NCBI GenBank assembly: GCA_963693025.1
Contig: OY843749.1
Span: forward strand, 2,573,617 to 2,637,616
Length of the DNA: 64,000 nt
Direction of reading: 5' to 3'
From: Arenicellales bacterium
GTDB taxonomy: Bacteria > Pseudomonadota > Gammaproteobacteria > Arenicellales > Poriferihabitantaceae
The notes below the pieces were generated by a model that was not told where the DNA came from, ran no database searches, and worked only from the letters and a program-made list of their open reading frames with translations. Positions 31,548-41,612 of this stretch are shown here, one piece after another (position 1 is the first letter of the stretch; each line of letters opens with the position of its first letter). Made by a program: the position numbers and the translations under genes.

Positions 31548-32783
31548 ATGGCGAAGAAATCAAACAGCGACCTCATCGTCGGCCTCGATATTGGCACTTC
31601 CAAAGTGCTGGCAATCGTCGGTGAAATCAATCCGCACGGCGAGGTCGAAGTCATCGGCATCGGCCACCATCCGACGCGCGGTTTGCGCAAGGGCGTGGTC
31701 GCCGACATTGAATCGACCGTGCAGTCCATTCGGCGCGCCGTGGAAGAGGCGGAGATGATGGCGGACTGCCAGATTTACTCGGTGTTCGTCGGCATCGCCG
31801 GCGCGCATATCAACAGCGTCAACTCCCACGGCGTGGTCGCCATCCGCGACGGCGAGGTCGCGCAGCGCGACATTGACATGGTCATTGACGCCGCCAAAGC
31901 CCTGGCGATTCCGCAAGACCAGCGCATCCTGCACGTGATGCCGCAGGACTTCATCATCGACGGGCAGGACGGCATCCGCGAGCCGACCGGGATGTGCGGC
32001 GTGCGCATGGAGGCGAAGGTGCACATGGTGACCGGCGCCGACAGCGCGGCGCGCAACATCATCAAGTGCATCCGCCGCTGCGGGCTGGAGGTGGACGACA
32101 TCATCCTCGAACAACTCGCGTCGAGCGAATCCGTGCTCACCGAAGACGAGCGCGAACTCGGCGTGTGCCTCATCGACATCGGCGGCGGCACCACCGACAT
32201 CGCGGTGTTCTCGGACGGCGCGATTCAGCACTCCTCGGTCATCCCCATCGCCGGCGACCAGGTGACCAACGACATCGCGGTGGCGTTCCGCACGCCCGCG
32301 CAGTCGGCGGAGGAAATCAAGAAGAAATACGGCTGCACGCTGGTGCAGTTGGTGGGCGAAGGGCAGACCATCGAGGCGCCGAGCATGGGCGGACGCCCCG
32401 CGCGCACGGTGTCGCGGCAGAACCTCGCCGAAATAATAGAGCCGCGCATCGAGGAATTGCTGATGCTGGTGCAGGCGGAGTTGCGGCGCAGCGGGCTGGA
32501 GGGGTTGATTGGCTCCGGCGTGGTGCTGACCGGCGGCAGTTCGCGCATCGAGGGCATCGTCGATTTGGCGGAGGAAATCTTTCACCTGCCGGTGCGGCTG
32601 GGGATGCCGAACTACGCCGGCGGCCTGTCCGAAGTGGTGCGCAATCCCATCTACGCGACCGGCATCGGGCTGATGCAATTCGGCCACGCCAACCGCCACC
32701 GGCTGGAGCAGATGAAGACCAAACCGGGGCGCGTCAAAGCGCTGCTTGAGCGCGCGCGCGGTTGGTTCAGGGGGAGTTTTTAG
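31548..32783 (+). CDS. ftsA: Cell division protein FtsA
   Basis: VGLDIGTSKV and IDIGGGTTD actin-fold motifs. Confidence 0.95.
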   Translation: MAKKSNSDLIVGLDIGTSKVLAIVGEINPHGEVEVIGIGHHPTRGLRKGVVADIESTVQSIRRAVEEAEMMADCQIYSVFVGIAGAHINSVNSHGVVAIRDGEVAQRDIDMVIDAAKALAIPQDQRILHVMPQDFIIDGQDGIREPTGMCGVRMEAKVHMVTGADSAARNIIKCIRRCGLEVDDIILEQLASSESVLTEDERELGVCLIDIGGGTTDIAVFSDGAIQHSSVIPIAGDQVTNDIAVAFRTPAQSAEEIKKKYGCTLVQLVGEGQTIEAPSMGGRPARTVSRQNLAEIIEPRIEELLMLVQAELRRSGLEGLIGSGVVLTGGSSRIEGIVDLAEEIFHLPVRLGMPNYAGGLSEVVRNPIYATGIGLMQFGHANRHRLEQMKTKPGRVKALLERARGWFRGSF

Positions 32784-32859
32784 TTTGGGTTCCAAGTGGG
32801 GATGAGTCGGTCGAGCAGCCCCGTCATCGTTGTTTTCTTTCACACGAGGATTAGCAGAA

Positions 32860-34011
32860 ATGTTTGAGTTAGTAGAAGCGACAAGCAGGCAGGCGGTGAT
32901 CAAGGTCATCGGTGTGGGCGGCGGCGGCGGCAATGCGGTCGAGCACATGGTGCAGGCGGACCTCGACGGGGTCGGCCTCATCAACGCCAACACGGACGCG
33001 CAGACGCTGGCGCGCTCCAAAGCGGCCACGGTGCTGCAAATCGGCGAGAGTCTGACCAAGGGGCTGGGCGCCGGCGCCAATCCGGAGATTGGCCGCCAGG
33101 CGGCGGTCGATGACCGCGACCGCATCGGCGCGGCGATTGAGGGCGCCGACATGGTGTTCATCGCCGCCGGCATGGGCGGCGGCACCGGCACCGGCGCGAC
33201 CCCCATCATCGCCGAGTTGGCGCGCGAAATGAAAATGCTGACCGTGGCGGTGGTCACCAAGCCGTTTCCGTTCGAGGGCAAAAAGCGAATGGAAGTGGCG
33301 CTCGACGGCATCCGCGGGCTGCAAGACCACGTCGATTCGCTCATCATCATCCCCAACGAGAAAGTGCTGGCGGTGATGGGGCAGGAGACGCCGATGCTCG
33401 ACGCCTTCAACAAAGCCGACGAGGTGCTGTTCAGCGCGGTGCAGGGCATCGCCGAACTGATTACGCGCCCCGGATTAATCAACGTGGATTTCGCCGACGT
33501 GCGCACGGTGATGGCGGAAATGGGCATGGCGATGATGGGCTCGGCGACGGCGAGCGGCGAAGCACGCGCGGTCGAGGCGGCAAAGAACGCCATCGAAAGC
33601 CCGCTGCTGGAAGACATCGACCTGCACGGCGCGAAGGGCATGCTGGTCAACATCACCGCCTCGGTCGATATGACCATCGGCGAGTACGAGGCGGTCGGCA
33701 CCGCGATTGGCGAATACGCCGCCGCCGACGCCAACGTGGTGATTGGCACCGCCCTGGACCCGTCGATGCAAGGCGACCTGCGCGTGACCATGGTCGCCAC
33801 CGGCTTGATGGAGCCGCGCGCCGAGGCGCAGCCCAAGCAGCCGCCGCGCATCGCGCAGACCCCCACGACCCGGCGTCCGCAGCCGGTGGCGGTGGTGCGT
33901 CCGGCGGTGCGGCGCGTGGCGAACGGCGGGGAAGTCGCCTCGGTCGAGGCGATTAACGCCAACATGCAGGACCTCGACCTCCCGGCATTTTTGCGCCGCC
34001 AGGCGGACTAG
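32860..34011 (+). CDS. ftsZ: Cell division GTPase FtsZ
   Basis: [10 protein letters not shown] and the tubulin signature [11 protein letters not shown]-terminal [13 protein letters not shown] peptide. RBS GAGGA at 32846. Confidence 0.97.
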   Translation: MFELVEATSRQAVIKVIGVGGGGGNAVEHMVQADLDGVGLINANTDAQTLARSKAATVLQIGESLTKGLGAGANPEIGRQAAVDDRDRIGAAIEGADMVFIAAGMGGGTGTGATPIIAELAREMKMLTVAVVTKPFPFEGKKRMEVALDGIRGLQDHVDSLIIIPNEKVLAVMGQETPMLDAFNKADEVLFSAVQGIAELITRPGLINVDFADVRTVMAEMGMAMMGSATASGEARAVEAAKNAIESPLLEDIDLHGAKGMLVNITASVDMTIGEYEAVGTAIGEYAAADANVVIGTALDPSMQGDLRVTMVATGLMEPRAEAQPKQPPRIAQTPTTRRPQPVAVVRPAVRRVANGGEVASVEAINANMQDLDLPAFLRRQAD

Positions 34012-34150
34012 GCGCGGCGGACGCGCCCGGAGGCGCGGGTCCGATGCGCCCGGCGGCGGCTTGCGGCTTGTGCAAGCGAGCACGGTTTGGTGTAGTATCG
34101 CGCCTTCCGGGATTCCGACTTCACGCCGAGCAACCTCACGCCAGCGCCGC

Positions 34151-35062
34151 ATGATAAAACAACGCACCCTCAAAAACGTCATCCGCGCGACCGGCGTTGG
34201 CTTGCATACCGGCGGCAAAGTCTATCTCACCCTGCGCCCGGCGCCGGCGGACACCGGCATCATCTTCCAGCGCGTCGATTTGGAGACGGTGGTCGATGTC
34301 CCCGCCAAGCCGGAAAATGTCAGCGACACGCGGCTTTCCACCACGCTGGAATTGGACGGCGTCAAAATCTCCACGGTCGAGCACCTGATGTCCGCCTTCG
34401 CGGGCTTGGGCATCGACAACGCCTATGTCGAAGTCAGCGCGCCCGAAGTGCCGATCATGGACGGCAGCGCTGGTCCGTTCGTGTTCCTGCTGCAATCCGC
34501 CGGCATCTGCGAGCAAGAACAACCCAAGCAATTCATCCGCATCAAAAAACCCCTGCAAATCGCCGACGGCGACAAGTGGGTTAAATTCGAGCCGTTCAAC
34601 GGCTTCAAGGTGTCGTTCGCCATCGACTTCGAGCATCCGATTCTGCAGAACTCAACGCAAGTCGCGTCGGTGGACTTCTCCACCACCTCATTCGTCAAAG
34701 ACGTCAGCCGCGCGCGCACCTTCGGTTTCATGGAAGACCTGGAAGCATTGCGCAACGCAGGCTTGGCGCAAGGCGGCAGTTTCGACAACGCCATCGTGCT
34801 GGACTCATTCCACATTCTCAACAACGACGGCTTGCGCTACAAGGACGAATTCGTCAAACACAAAGTCCTAGACGCCATCGGCGACCTCTACCTGCTGGGC
34901 CACCCCCTAATAGGCGCCTTCAGCGCCCACAAATCCGGCCACGCCCTCAACAACCGCCTGCTACGAAAACTAACCGCCGACCGCTCGGCCTGGGAGTTGG
35001 TCTCCTACGAAGACGAATCCAAAGTACCCATCGCCTTTGCTCGGACTGTGGCGGAGGTTTGA
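34151..35062 (+). CDS. lpxC: UDP-3-O-acyl-N-acetylglucosamine deacetylase
   Basis: [21 protein letters not shown]... and [13 protein letters not shown]. Confidence 0.95.
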   Translation: MIKQRTLKNVIRATGVGLHTGGKVYLTLRPAPADTGIIFQRVDLETVVDVPAKPENVSDTRLSTTLELDGVKISTVEHLMSAFAGLGIDNAYVEVSAPEVPIMDGSAGPFVFLLQSAGICEQEQPKQFIRIKKPLQIADGDKWVKFEPFNGFKVSFAIDFEHPILQNSTQVASVDFSTTSFVKDVSRARTFGFMEDLEALRNAGLAQGGSFDNAIVLDSFHILNNDGLRYKDEFVKHKVLDAIGDLYLLGHPLIGAFSAHKSGHALNNRLLRKLTADRSAWELVSYEDESKVPIAFARTVAEV

Positions 35063-35073
35063 GCGACCAACTT

Positions 35074-35104
35074 CGTCATTCTCGAATGGTAGAAAATAGG
35101 GAGC
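35074..35104 (-). repeat. Solo right end of the MITE (reverse orientation)
   Basis: CGTCATTCTCGAATGGTAGAAAATAGGGAGC. Confidence 0.8.
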
Positions 35105-35112
35105 CGCAACTT

Positions 35113-35375
35113 CGTCATTCTCGAATGATAGAAAAATAAGGAGCGATAGCGACTATATTTTTCATCACCTTCGGGAATCTCCCTAAGACTACCGTGAATT
35201 CCAACAAAGCCCGTGCCAACCTGAGGGAGATTGCGCGTATCGTCCCTGATACGCGCCCTTCGGGCTACGCGAAAATCCGCTCCCGGCGGATTTTTCCCGA
35301 GGACGCAAGTGTCCGTAAGCCGCCGCTTAAAAGAAGAAGCGCGGCGGCAACGGACACTAACGCTCGAGAATGACG
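35113..35375 (-). mobile_element. MITE-like TIR element, long form (263 bp), nested module at a different internal site
   Basis: CGTCATTCTCGAATG at 35113 and CGCTCGAGAATGACG at 35361-35375. Here the module sits between hairpins 1 and 2, instead of between hairpin 2 and the right end. Confidence 0.85.
35233..35289 (-). repeat. Nested two-hairpin mini-module, variant with compensatory stem changes
   Basis: The stem is GCGCGTATC/GATACGCGC here versus GTTTGTATC/GATACAAAC in the other three copies: three paired substitutions. Confidence 0.8.
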
Positions 35376-35860
35376 GCGGGGTCGGCACACTTCGACAAAT
35401 TAAGTAACGACTCCCTCAACGGCGGATAATCAACCGCCTCCGCCAATTGCACAATTTGTTCGGCGGTTTTTTGTGATAGCCGGAAAGGTTGCCGAGTTGC
35501 CCGTGTCGGCGGGGGCGAGTGGGGTTGGGTTTTTACGGTGATGTGGGTGGCGTGGATGCCGTGTTGTGCGAGGGCTTTTAGCAGGCTGGGAGCGCGGTGG
35601 CGGATTTCGTGGCCGTGAGCGGCGGATTGGACGAATACCACCAGGCGGCCCGAGGTGAATAGCAGGGGCCAACTCGACATAGTCGTCGCATCCATAGTCC
35701 CCACACCCGTAGCCGCCACACCCACAGCCCCCACACCACCTCCCAATTCCGCGCGCCAAAAATCGGCTAAGCGCCGTTGGACATCATGCCCGGCAGGTCG
35801 GTCGCCGCCCGATGGCAGCGCCGCGGTCAGCAATCTGGAAATCGGCTCAAGCCCTTTCAT
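35357..35860 (-). CDS. DUF721 / DciA-like protein (tentative)
   Basis: 167 aa from MKGLEPISRLL (ATG 35860). SGRLVVFVQSAAHGHEIRHRAPSLLKAL resembles the DUF721 core, and the gene sits between lpxC and secA. The last 5 codons (VILER) and the TAG stop are MITE sequence. The remainder of ORF 35357..36265 overlaps the secA start region (35928 onward) on the opposite strand and is rejected. Confidence 0.5.
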   Translation of the reverse strand: MKGLEPISRLLTAALPSGGDRPAGHDVQRRLADFWRAELGGGVGAVGVAATGVGTMDATTMSSWPLLFTSGRLVVFVQSAAHGHEIRHRAPSLLKALAQHGIHATHITVKTQPHSPPPTRATRQPFRLSQKTAEQIVQLAEAVDYPPLRESLLNLSKCADPAVILER

Positions 35861-35927
35861 TGCGAAATTATAACCTGATAGTCGGGGGGCGACTCTGGCA
35901 TAATGCGCGGAGACACAACCGCCCTCC

Positions 35928-38636
35928 ATGCTGCAACACGCCCTCAAAAAATTCTTTGGCGACCGCAACCAGCGGCTGCTGAAAAACATCGGCAAGACGG
36001 TCGAGCGAATCAACGCGCTGGAGACCGGCTTGTCCGCGCTTGACGACCGCGCGTTGGCGGCGAAGACCGGCGAATTCCGCGAGCGCATTGCCGCCGGCGC
36101 GCACAAGGATGAGTTGCTCATCGAAGCCTTTGCGGTGGTGCGCGAGGCGTCGGTGCGCGCGCTTGGGTTGCGCCACTTCGATGTGCAACTGGTCGGCGGC
36201 GTGGTGCTCAACAACGGCAAAATCGCCGAGATGAAGACCGGCGAGGGCAAGACCCTGGTCGCCACTTTGCCGGCTTACCTGAACGCGCTCGCCGGCATTC
36301 CGGTGCATATCGTCACCGTGAATGATTACCTCGCGCGGCGCGACGCCGACTGGATGGGGAAGATTTACCAGTTCCTCGGGCTGAGCGTGGGCGTGATTTT
36401 GTCGGGGCAGGACCCGGCGGAAAAAAGGGCGGCTTACCAAAGCGACATCGTCTATGGCACCAACAACGAGTTCGGCTTTGACTACCTGCGCGACAACATG
36501 GCGTTCACCGCCGAAGACCGCTTCCAACAGGGGCTCGGTTTCGCCATCGTTGACGAGGTCGATTCAATCCTCATCGACGAAGCCCGAACGCCGCTCATCA
36601 TCTCCGGTCCCGCCGAGGAAAGCACCGACCTGTATACCCATATTAACCAAATCGTGCCGCAACTCGAGCGCCAGGAATCCGAAGACGGTCCGGGCGATTT
36701 CACGCTGGATGAAAAAAGCCGGCAGGCCTACCTGACCGAGCAGGGGCATGAAACCGCCGAGAAACTGCTGGTCGGCGCCGGGCTGTTGCCGGAGGGCGGC
36801 AGCGTGTATGAGATTGGCAACATCAGCCTAATTCATCATCTGTATGCGGCGCTCAGGGCGCACAATTTGTTTCACCGCGATGTCGCTTATATCGTGCGCA
36901 ACGACCAAATCATCATCATCGACGAGTTCACCGGGCGGATGATGCCGGGCAGGCGCTGGTCGGACGGGCTGCATCAGGCGATTGAAGCGAAGGAAGGCGT
37001 GACCATTCAGCAGGAAAACCAGACGCTGGCGTCGATTACCTTTCAGAACTACTTCCGGTTATACCAAACGCTCGCCGGCATGACCGGCACGGCGGACACC
37101 GAAGCGCCGGAGTTTTTGCAAATCTACCAACTTGAAGTGGTCATCATCCCGACCAACCGACCGATGGTGCGCACCGACGACGCCGACTTGGTGTACCGCA
37201 CCGGCGAGGAAAAGTTCGCGGCGATTATCGAGGGCATTGAAGACTGCCGACGGCGCAACCAGCCGGTGTTGGTCGGCACCGCTTCCATTGAATCATCCGA
37301 GCGCCTCGCCGACATGCTGAACAAAGCCGGCATCGCGCACAAGGTGTTGAACGCCAAACACCACGGCGAGGAAGCGCAAATCATCGCCGAAGCCGGGCGC
37401 CCCGGCACCGTCACCATCGCCACCAACATGGCAGGGCGCGGCACCGACATCGTGCTCGGCGGCAATCTCGAACTGGAACTCGGCGGTTTGTCGGACGACG
37501 CCGAAATAGAGCAAGCGCGGGGCGCGTGGGAGCAGCGCCACCGGCAGGTAATCGACGCCGGCGGATTGCACGTGCTCGGCACCGAGCGGAACGAATCGCG
37601 CCGCGTTGACAATCAGTTGCGCGGGCGTTGCGGTCGCCAGGGCGACCCCGGCTCAAGCCGCTTCTACCTGTCGCTGGAAGACAACCTGATGCGAATTTTC
37701 GGCTCCGAGCGAATCGCCGGGCTGATGCACAAACTCGGCATGGAAGAGGGCGAGGCGATCGAGCATCCGTGGGTCACGCGCGCCATCGAGAACGCGCAGA
37801 CCAAAGTGGAGGGGCATAACTTCGATGCGCGCAAGCAACTGCTTGAGTATGACGATGTGGCAAACGAGCAGCGCAAGGTGATTTACGAGCAGCGCGACAT
37901 GCTGATGGAGACCGATGACATTTCCGAATACATCGACTTCACGCGGCGCGAGGTGACCGCCGAGGTCATCGACCGCAGCCTCGCGCCCAACAGCCTGGAA
38001 GAGCAGTGGGATGTGCCGGCGCTCACGCAGGACTTGGAAACTTCGTTCGGGGTCAAACTGCCGCTGGCCGAATGGCTTGAGCAAGACGAGTCGTTGCACG
38101 AAGAAACCCTCAGGCAGAAAATCGAGCAATCCATCGCCGACATGCTCGCCGCCAAGGAAGCGCGCGTCGGTGCCGAAGGCATGCGGCATTTTGAAAAGGC
38201 GGTCATGCTCAAGGTGCTGGACGAGCAGTGGAAGGAGCATCTGTTCAATATGGACCACCTGCGCCAGGGCATTCACCTGCGCGGCTACGCCCAGAAAAAC
38301 CCCAAACAGGAATACAAGCGCGAGGCGTTTGAGATGTTTACCGCGCTGCTGGAGAATGTCAAATTTGAAGTCACTTCAATGCTGGCGCGCCTGCACATTC
38401 CGAGCGAAGAAGAGATAAACGAAATGGAAGCGCGCCGGCGTCAACAGTCGATGCGCTTCGTCCACGCCGAAGCCGAAACCCCGGCTGCGGAGCCCAACAC
38501 TCCCCAACCCCGCCCCCGCGCCCGCCCCGCTTCCGCCGACCAACCCTTCGTTCGCAAAACCAAAAAAATAGGCCGCAATGATCCGTGTCCGTGTGGTTCG
38601 GGGAAGAAGTATAAGCAGTGTCATGGGCGGGGGTGA
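35928..38636 (+). CDS. secA: Preprotein translocase ATPase SecA
   Basis: 902 aa. [20 protein letters not shown] and the C-terminal zinc motif [14 protein letters not shown]. Confidence 0.97.
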   Translation: MLQHALKKFFGDRNQRLLKNIGKTVERINALETGLSALDDRALAAKTGEFRERIAAGAHKDELLIEAFAVVREASVRALGLRHFDVQLVGGVVLNNGKIAEMKTGEGKTLVATLPAYLNALAGIPVHIVTVNDYLARRDADWMGKIYQFLGLSVGVILSGQDPAEKRAAYQSDIVYGTNNEFGFDYLRDNMAFTAEDRFQQGLGFAIVDEVDSILIDEARTPLIISGPAEESTDLYTHINQIVPQLERQESEDGPGDFTLDEKSRQAYLTEQGHETAEKLLVGAGLLPEGGSVYEIGNISLIHHLYAALRAHNLFHRDVAYIVRNDQIIIIDEFTGRMMPGRRWSDGLHQAIEAKEGVTIQQENQTLASITFQNYFRLYQTLAGMTGTADTEAPEFLQIYQLEVVIIPTNRPMVRTDDADLVYRTGEEKFAAIIEGIEDCRRRNQPVLVGTASIESSERLADMLNKAGIAHKVLNAKHHGEEAQIIAEAGRPGTVTIATNMAGRGTDIVLGGNLELELGGLSDDAEIEQARGAWEQRHRQVIDAGGLHVLGTERNESRRVDNQLRGRCGRQGDPGSSRFYLSLEDNLMRIFGSERIAGLMHKLGMEEGEAIEHPWVTRAIENAQTKVEGHNFDARKQLLEYDDVANEQRKVIYEQRDMLMETDDISEYIDFTRREVTAEVIDRSLAPNSLEEQWDVPALTQDLETSFGVKLPLAEWLEQDESLHEETLRQKIEQSIADMLAAKEARVGAEGMRHFEKAVMLKVLDEQWKEHLFNMDHLRQGIHLRGYAQKNPKQEYKREAFEMFTALLENVKFEVTSMLARLHIPSEEEINEMEARRRQQSMRFVHAEAETPAAEPNTPQPRPRARPASADQPFVRKTKKIGRNDPCPCGSGKKYKQCHGRG

Positions 38637-38708
38637 GGGTGGTGTGGATTTTCGCGAAGTTCGGAGGGTTTGTGTCAAGGGCGATACAAACCAAAATTCC
38701 CAACTACT

Positions 38709-38968
38709 CGTCATTCTCGAGCGTTAGTGTCCGTTGCCGCCGCGCTTTTTCTTTTAAGCGGCGGCTTACGGACACTTGCGTCCTCGGGAATCTCCCTAAG
38801 ACTGGCACGGGCTTTGTTGAAATTCACGGTAGTCTTAGGGAGATTCCCGAATCGAAGAAAAATCCGCCCGGAGCGGATTTTCGCGTAGCCCGAAGGGTTT
38901 GTATCAGGGATGATACAAACAAAATATGGTCGCTGACGCTCCCTATTTTCTACCGTTCGAGAATGACG
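38709..38968 (+). mobile_element. MITE-like TIR element, long form (260 bp)
   Basis: CGTCATTCTCGAGCG at 38709 and CGTTCGAGAATGACG at 38954-38968. Nested module at 38865-38920. Confidence 0.85.
38865..38920 (+). repeat. Nested two-hairpin mini-module
   Basis: Same sequence and same insertion point as 5580-5636, flanked by AAAAT. Confidence 0.75.
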
Positions 38969-38981
38969 GGTATTTATAACT

Positions 38982-39178
38982 CGTCATTCTCGAGCGTTAG
39001 TGACCGTTGCCGCCGCGCTTCTTCTTTTAAGCGGCGGCTTACGGACACTTGCGTCCTCGGGAATCTCCCTAAGATTGGCACGGGCTTTGTTGAAATTCAC
39101 GGTAGCCTTAGGGAGATTCCCGAAGCGAAGAAAATATGGTCGCTGACGCTCCCTATTTTCTACCGTTCGAGAATGACG
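38982..39178 (+). mobile_element. MITE-like TIR element, short form (197 bp)
   Basis: CGTCATTCTCGAGCG at 38982 and CGTTCGAGAATGACG at 39164-39178. Spacer to the previous copy is GGTATTTATAACT. Confidence 0.85.
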
Positions 39179-39261
39179 GGGTTGTTGTTTTTGGTTTGTT
39201 ATTTTTGGTTTGTTGTTTGTTGCTGGTTTGTTTTATGTTTGTCGTTAGGCAGTAAGAAACA

Positions 39262-40506
39262 ATGAACCCTCCCCCCATTAAAAAATCCCCCCTAGCCCCA
39301 GCGGCTTTCCCCGAATTGCCGCCAATCCCCGGTGTGCAGTTGGCAACAACCGAGTCAGGTGCCAAGTATCGCGGACGGGACGATTTGATGTTGGCGGTGG
39401 TTGAGTCAGGCGCGACCGTTGCCGGGGTGTTGACGCAATCTACCACCGCCGGTGCGCCGGTGCGGTGGTGCAGGCGGCAACTGGAGGCGGAAAACGCGCC
39501 GCGCGCGTTGCTGGTCAACGCGGGCAACGCCAACACCTTTACCGGCGCAGCCGGCGACCGGCATTTGCTGGACACCTGCCGCGCGGTGGCGGCGGCGCTG
39601 GGTTGCGAGCCCGAGCAGGTGTTGGCGGCGTCCACCGGGGTGATTGGCGAGGCGTTGCCGGTGGATGAAATCGTGCGCGCCGTGCCGCATTTGGCATCAA
39701 AGTTGAGCGACGATGCATGGGAGCGCGCCGCCGCCGCGATTATGACCACCGACACCTTCGCCAAAGGCACCACCGCGCGCGCCACGATTTCGGGGCGGTC
39801 GGTGACCATCAACGGATTCGCCAAAGGCTCGGGCATGATTGAGCCGAACATGGCGACGATGCTCGCCTTCCTGTTCACCGACGCGGCCATTCCGCGCGCG
39901 GTGTTGCAGCCGATGCTGACCGCCGCCAACGCGCAATCGTTCAACGCCATCACCGTGGACGGCGACACCTCGACGAGCGATATTTGCCTGCTGCTGGCGA
40001 CCGGCAAAGCGGGCAATCCGCCGCCCGCCTCCGTTGCCGACGACACCCTCGACGAGTTCAAGCGCGCGCTCGACGAGGTGATGTTGTCGCTCGCCTTGCA
40101 GGTGGTCGGCGACGGCGAAGGCGCGCAAAAATTAATCCGCGTGGAAGTGCGCGGCGGCGAAAACGACCGCGCCGCCAAGGCGGTCGCCAAGGCGGTCGCC
40201 AACTCGCCGCTGGTGAAAACCGCCATCGCCGGCGAAGACGCCAACTGGGGGCGCATCGTCATGGCGGTCGGCAAGTCGGGGCAGCGGGTCGAGCCGGCGC
40301 GGCTCAAAATCGCCATCGGCGGGGTGCCGGTCACCGAAGCGGGCAAGCGCATCGACGGCTTTGACGAGGCGCCGCTGAGCGCGCACCTTAAGGGCAGGGA
40401 GATTGCAATTGAGGTGGATTTGGGGCTGGCGGACGGTTGCGCGCGCGTCTGGACTTGCGACCTGACCCACGGCTACATCGACATCAATGCCGACTACCGC
40501 TCCTGA
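39262..40506 (+). CDS. argJ: Bifunctional glutamate N-acetyltransferase / amino-acid acetyltransferase
   Basis: 414 aa. Autoproteolytic site region GSGMIEPNMATMLAFLFTDA. Confidence 0.93.
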   Translation: MNPPPIKKSPLAPAAFPELPPIPGVQLATTESGAKYRGRDDLMLAVVESGATVAGVLTQSTTAGAPVRWCRRQLEAENAPRALLVNAGNANTFTGAAGDRHLLDTCRAVAAALGCEPEQVLAASTGVIGEALPVDEIVRAVPHLASKLSDDAWERAAAAIMTTDTFAKGTTARATISGRSVTINGFAKGSGMIEPNMATMLAFLFTDAAIPRAVLQPMLTAANAQSFNAITVDGDTSTSDICLLLATGKAGNPPPASVADDTLDEFKRALDEVMLSLALQVVGDGEGAQKLIRVEVRGGENDRAAKAVAKAVANSPLVKTAIAGEDANWGRIVMAVGKSGQRVEPARLKIAIGGVPVTEAGKRIDGFDEAPLSAHLKGREIAIEVDLGLADGCARVWTCDLTHGYIDINADYRS

Positions 40507-40945
40507 TGCGCGCCTGCATGTGGTGGTCGGCATTCTGCGCCGGCGCGACGGCAAGTTCCTGATTCAACAACGCATGCCCGGCACGCCGTGCGCCGGGCAA
40601 TGGGAATTCCCCGGCGGCAAGGTTGAAGCGGGCGAGTCGCCGCGCCGCGCGCTGGCGCGTGAACTTGCAGAAGAACTCGGGGTCGAGGCGCTGAGCGTAC
40701 GCGAGTTGGTGAAGTTGCCGTTTGACTACGCCCACGCGCGCGTGTGGCTGGATGTCTTCGTGGTCGATTCCTTCGCCGGCGAAGCGCTCGGGCGGGAGGG
40801 GCAGGCAACGCGCTGGCGCACGCTCGATGAAATTCGTAGGCACGATATTCTCGCGGCGGTGCCGGCGATTTTGGATGCGTTGAGCGAGGCGGGCGATGGC
40901 GATGGCGACGCGGATGCGGCGGCGCACGGCGAGTCAGCCGAATAA
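40487..40945 (+). CDS. mutT: 8-oxo-dGTP diphosphatase (Nudix)
   Basis: Nudix box GGKVEAGESPRRALARELAEELG. Overlaps the argJ end by 20 nt. Confidence 0.85.
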   Translation: MPTTAPDARLHVVVGILRRRDGKFLIQQRMPGTPCAGQWEFPGGKVEAGESPRRALARELAEELGVEALSVRELVKLPFDYAHARVWLDVFVVDSFAGEALGREGQATRWRTLDEIRRHDILAAVPAILDALSEAGDGDGDADAAAHGESAE

Positions 40946-41530
40946 CTCTATATAAGTGTCGTGCAACCGCCGCACCTGCGGTTCAATATCCGCCGGGTCG
41001 CCGTTGTTGTCGATGACATCATCCGCCACCGCCCGGCGCTGCCGCTCGCTCGCCTGCGTGCGCATAACCCGCTCGATTTCCGCCGGCTTCATACCGCGCC
41101 GCCGCAGCCGCCGAACGCGCACATCGCGCGAACACGACACCACCAACACGCGCTCCATCTCCCGGTATTGCCCGCTCTCAACCAGCAACGGAATGTCAAG
41201 AATGCAATAACGCCCCGCATCGCGCGCCGCGCGGTCGTGCATTTCGGCGCGGATGGGCGGGTGCAAAATAGACTCAAGCAGTTCCCGCTGCGGCTTGGAT
41301 GCGAACACAATGCGCCCGAGTTGCGCCCGGTCAAGCCGCCCCTGCTCATCCACAATCCCGGCGCCAAACTGCTCCACAATCCGCTCAAACTGCGCCGTCC
41401 CCGGCTCACTGATGCGCCGCGCAATCACATCGGCGTCAAGCACCGTCACACCAAGCGCGGCAAACGCATCGGCAACGGTCGTCTTGCCACCGCCGATGCC
41501 GCCGGTTAGTCCGACCCGGGCCGCCATCAC
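40934..41530 (-). CDS. coaE: Dephospho-CoA kinase
   Basis: VGLTGGIGGGKTTV P-loop, 198 aa. Convergent 12-nt overlap with mutT. Confidence 0.92.
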   Translation of the reverse strand: MMAARVGLTGGIGGGKTTVADAFAALGVTVLDADVIARRISEPGTAQFERIVEQFGAGIVDEQGRLDRAQLGRIVFASKPQRELLESILHPPIRAEMHDRAARDAGRYCILDIPLLVESGQYREMERVLVVSCSRDVRVRRLRRRGMKPAEIERVMRTQASERQRRAVADDVIDNNGDPADIEPQVRRLHDTYIELFG

Positions 41531-41612
41531 GGGGCGCCGGTGCCGGTTTGCGCGGGGTGAGGCAAGATGAATTCGCTCCCCCGCGCCATGCGATAAAAAA
41601 TCATGCGATAAA

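Noticed and set aside
31560-33965. 801-aa ORF antisense to ftsA and ftsZ. Similar long antisense or out-of-frame ORFs occur elsewhere, for example 11663..13528, 17001..18509, 18364..19899, 19998..21071, 26633..27850, 27687..28997, 39153..40352, 50726..51958 and 61682..62872.
   Set aside because: These are typical high-GC artefacts. They are Arg/Ala/Gly/Pro-rich with no recognisable motifs, and each lies opposite a gene with unambiguous conserved motifs.
38618-39265. ORFs encoding the recurring peptide ...SFSSVSVRCRRAFSFKRRLTDT(C/Y)VLGNLPK(T/I)GTGFVEIHGSLREIPE..., also seen at 5318..5629, 14179..14610, 29248..29793, 43659..43958, 62869..63147 and 35005..35388.
   Set aside because: The similarity is at the nucleotide level. 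The frames differ between copies and are broken by indels, and the sequence is palindromic hairpin DNA. These are read-throughs of the MITE, not a protein family.
40487-40945. Overlaps of argJ/mutT (20 nt, same strand) and mutT/coaE (12 nt, convergent) as possible regulatory or programmed features.
   Set aside because: Short overlaps are common in compact high-GC genomes. The mutT start is uncertain, and there is no slippery sequence or structure suggesting recoding.
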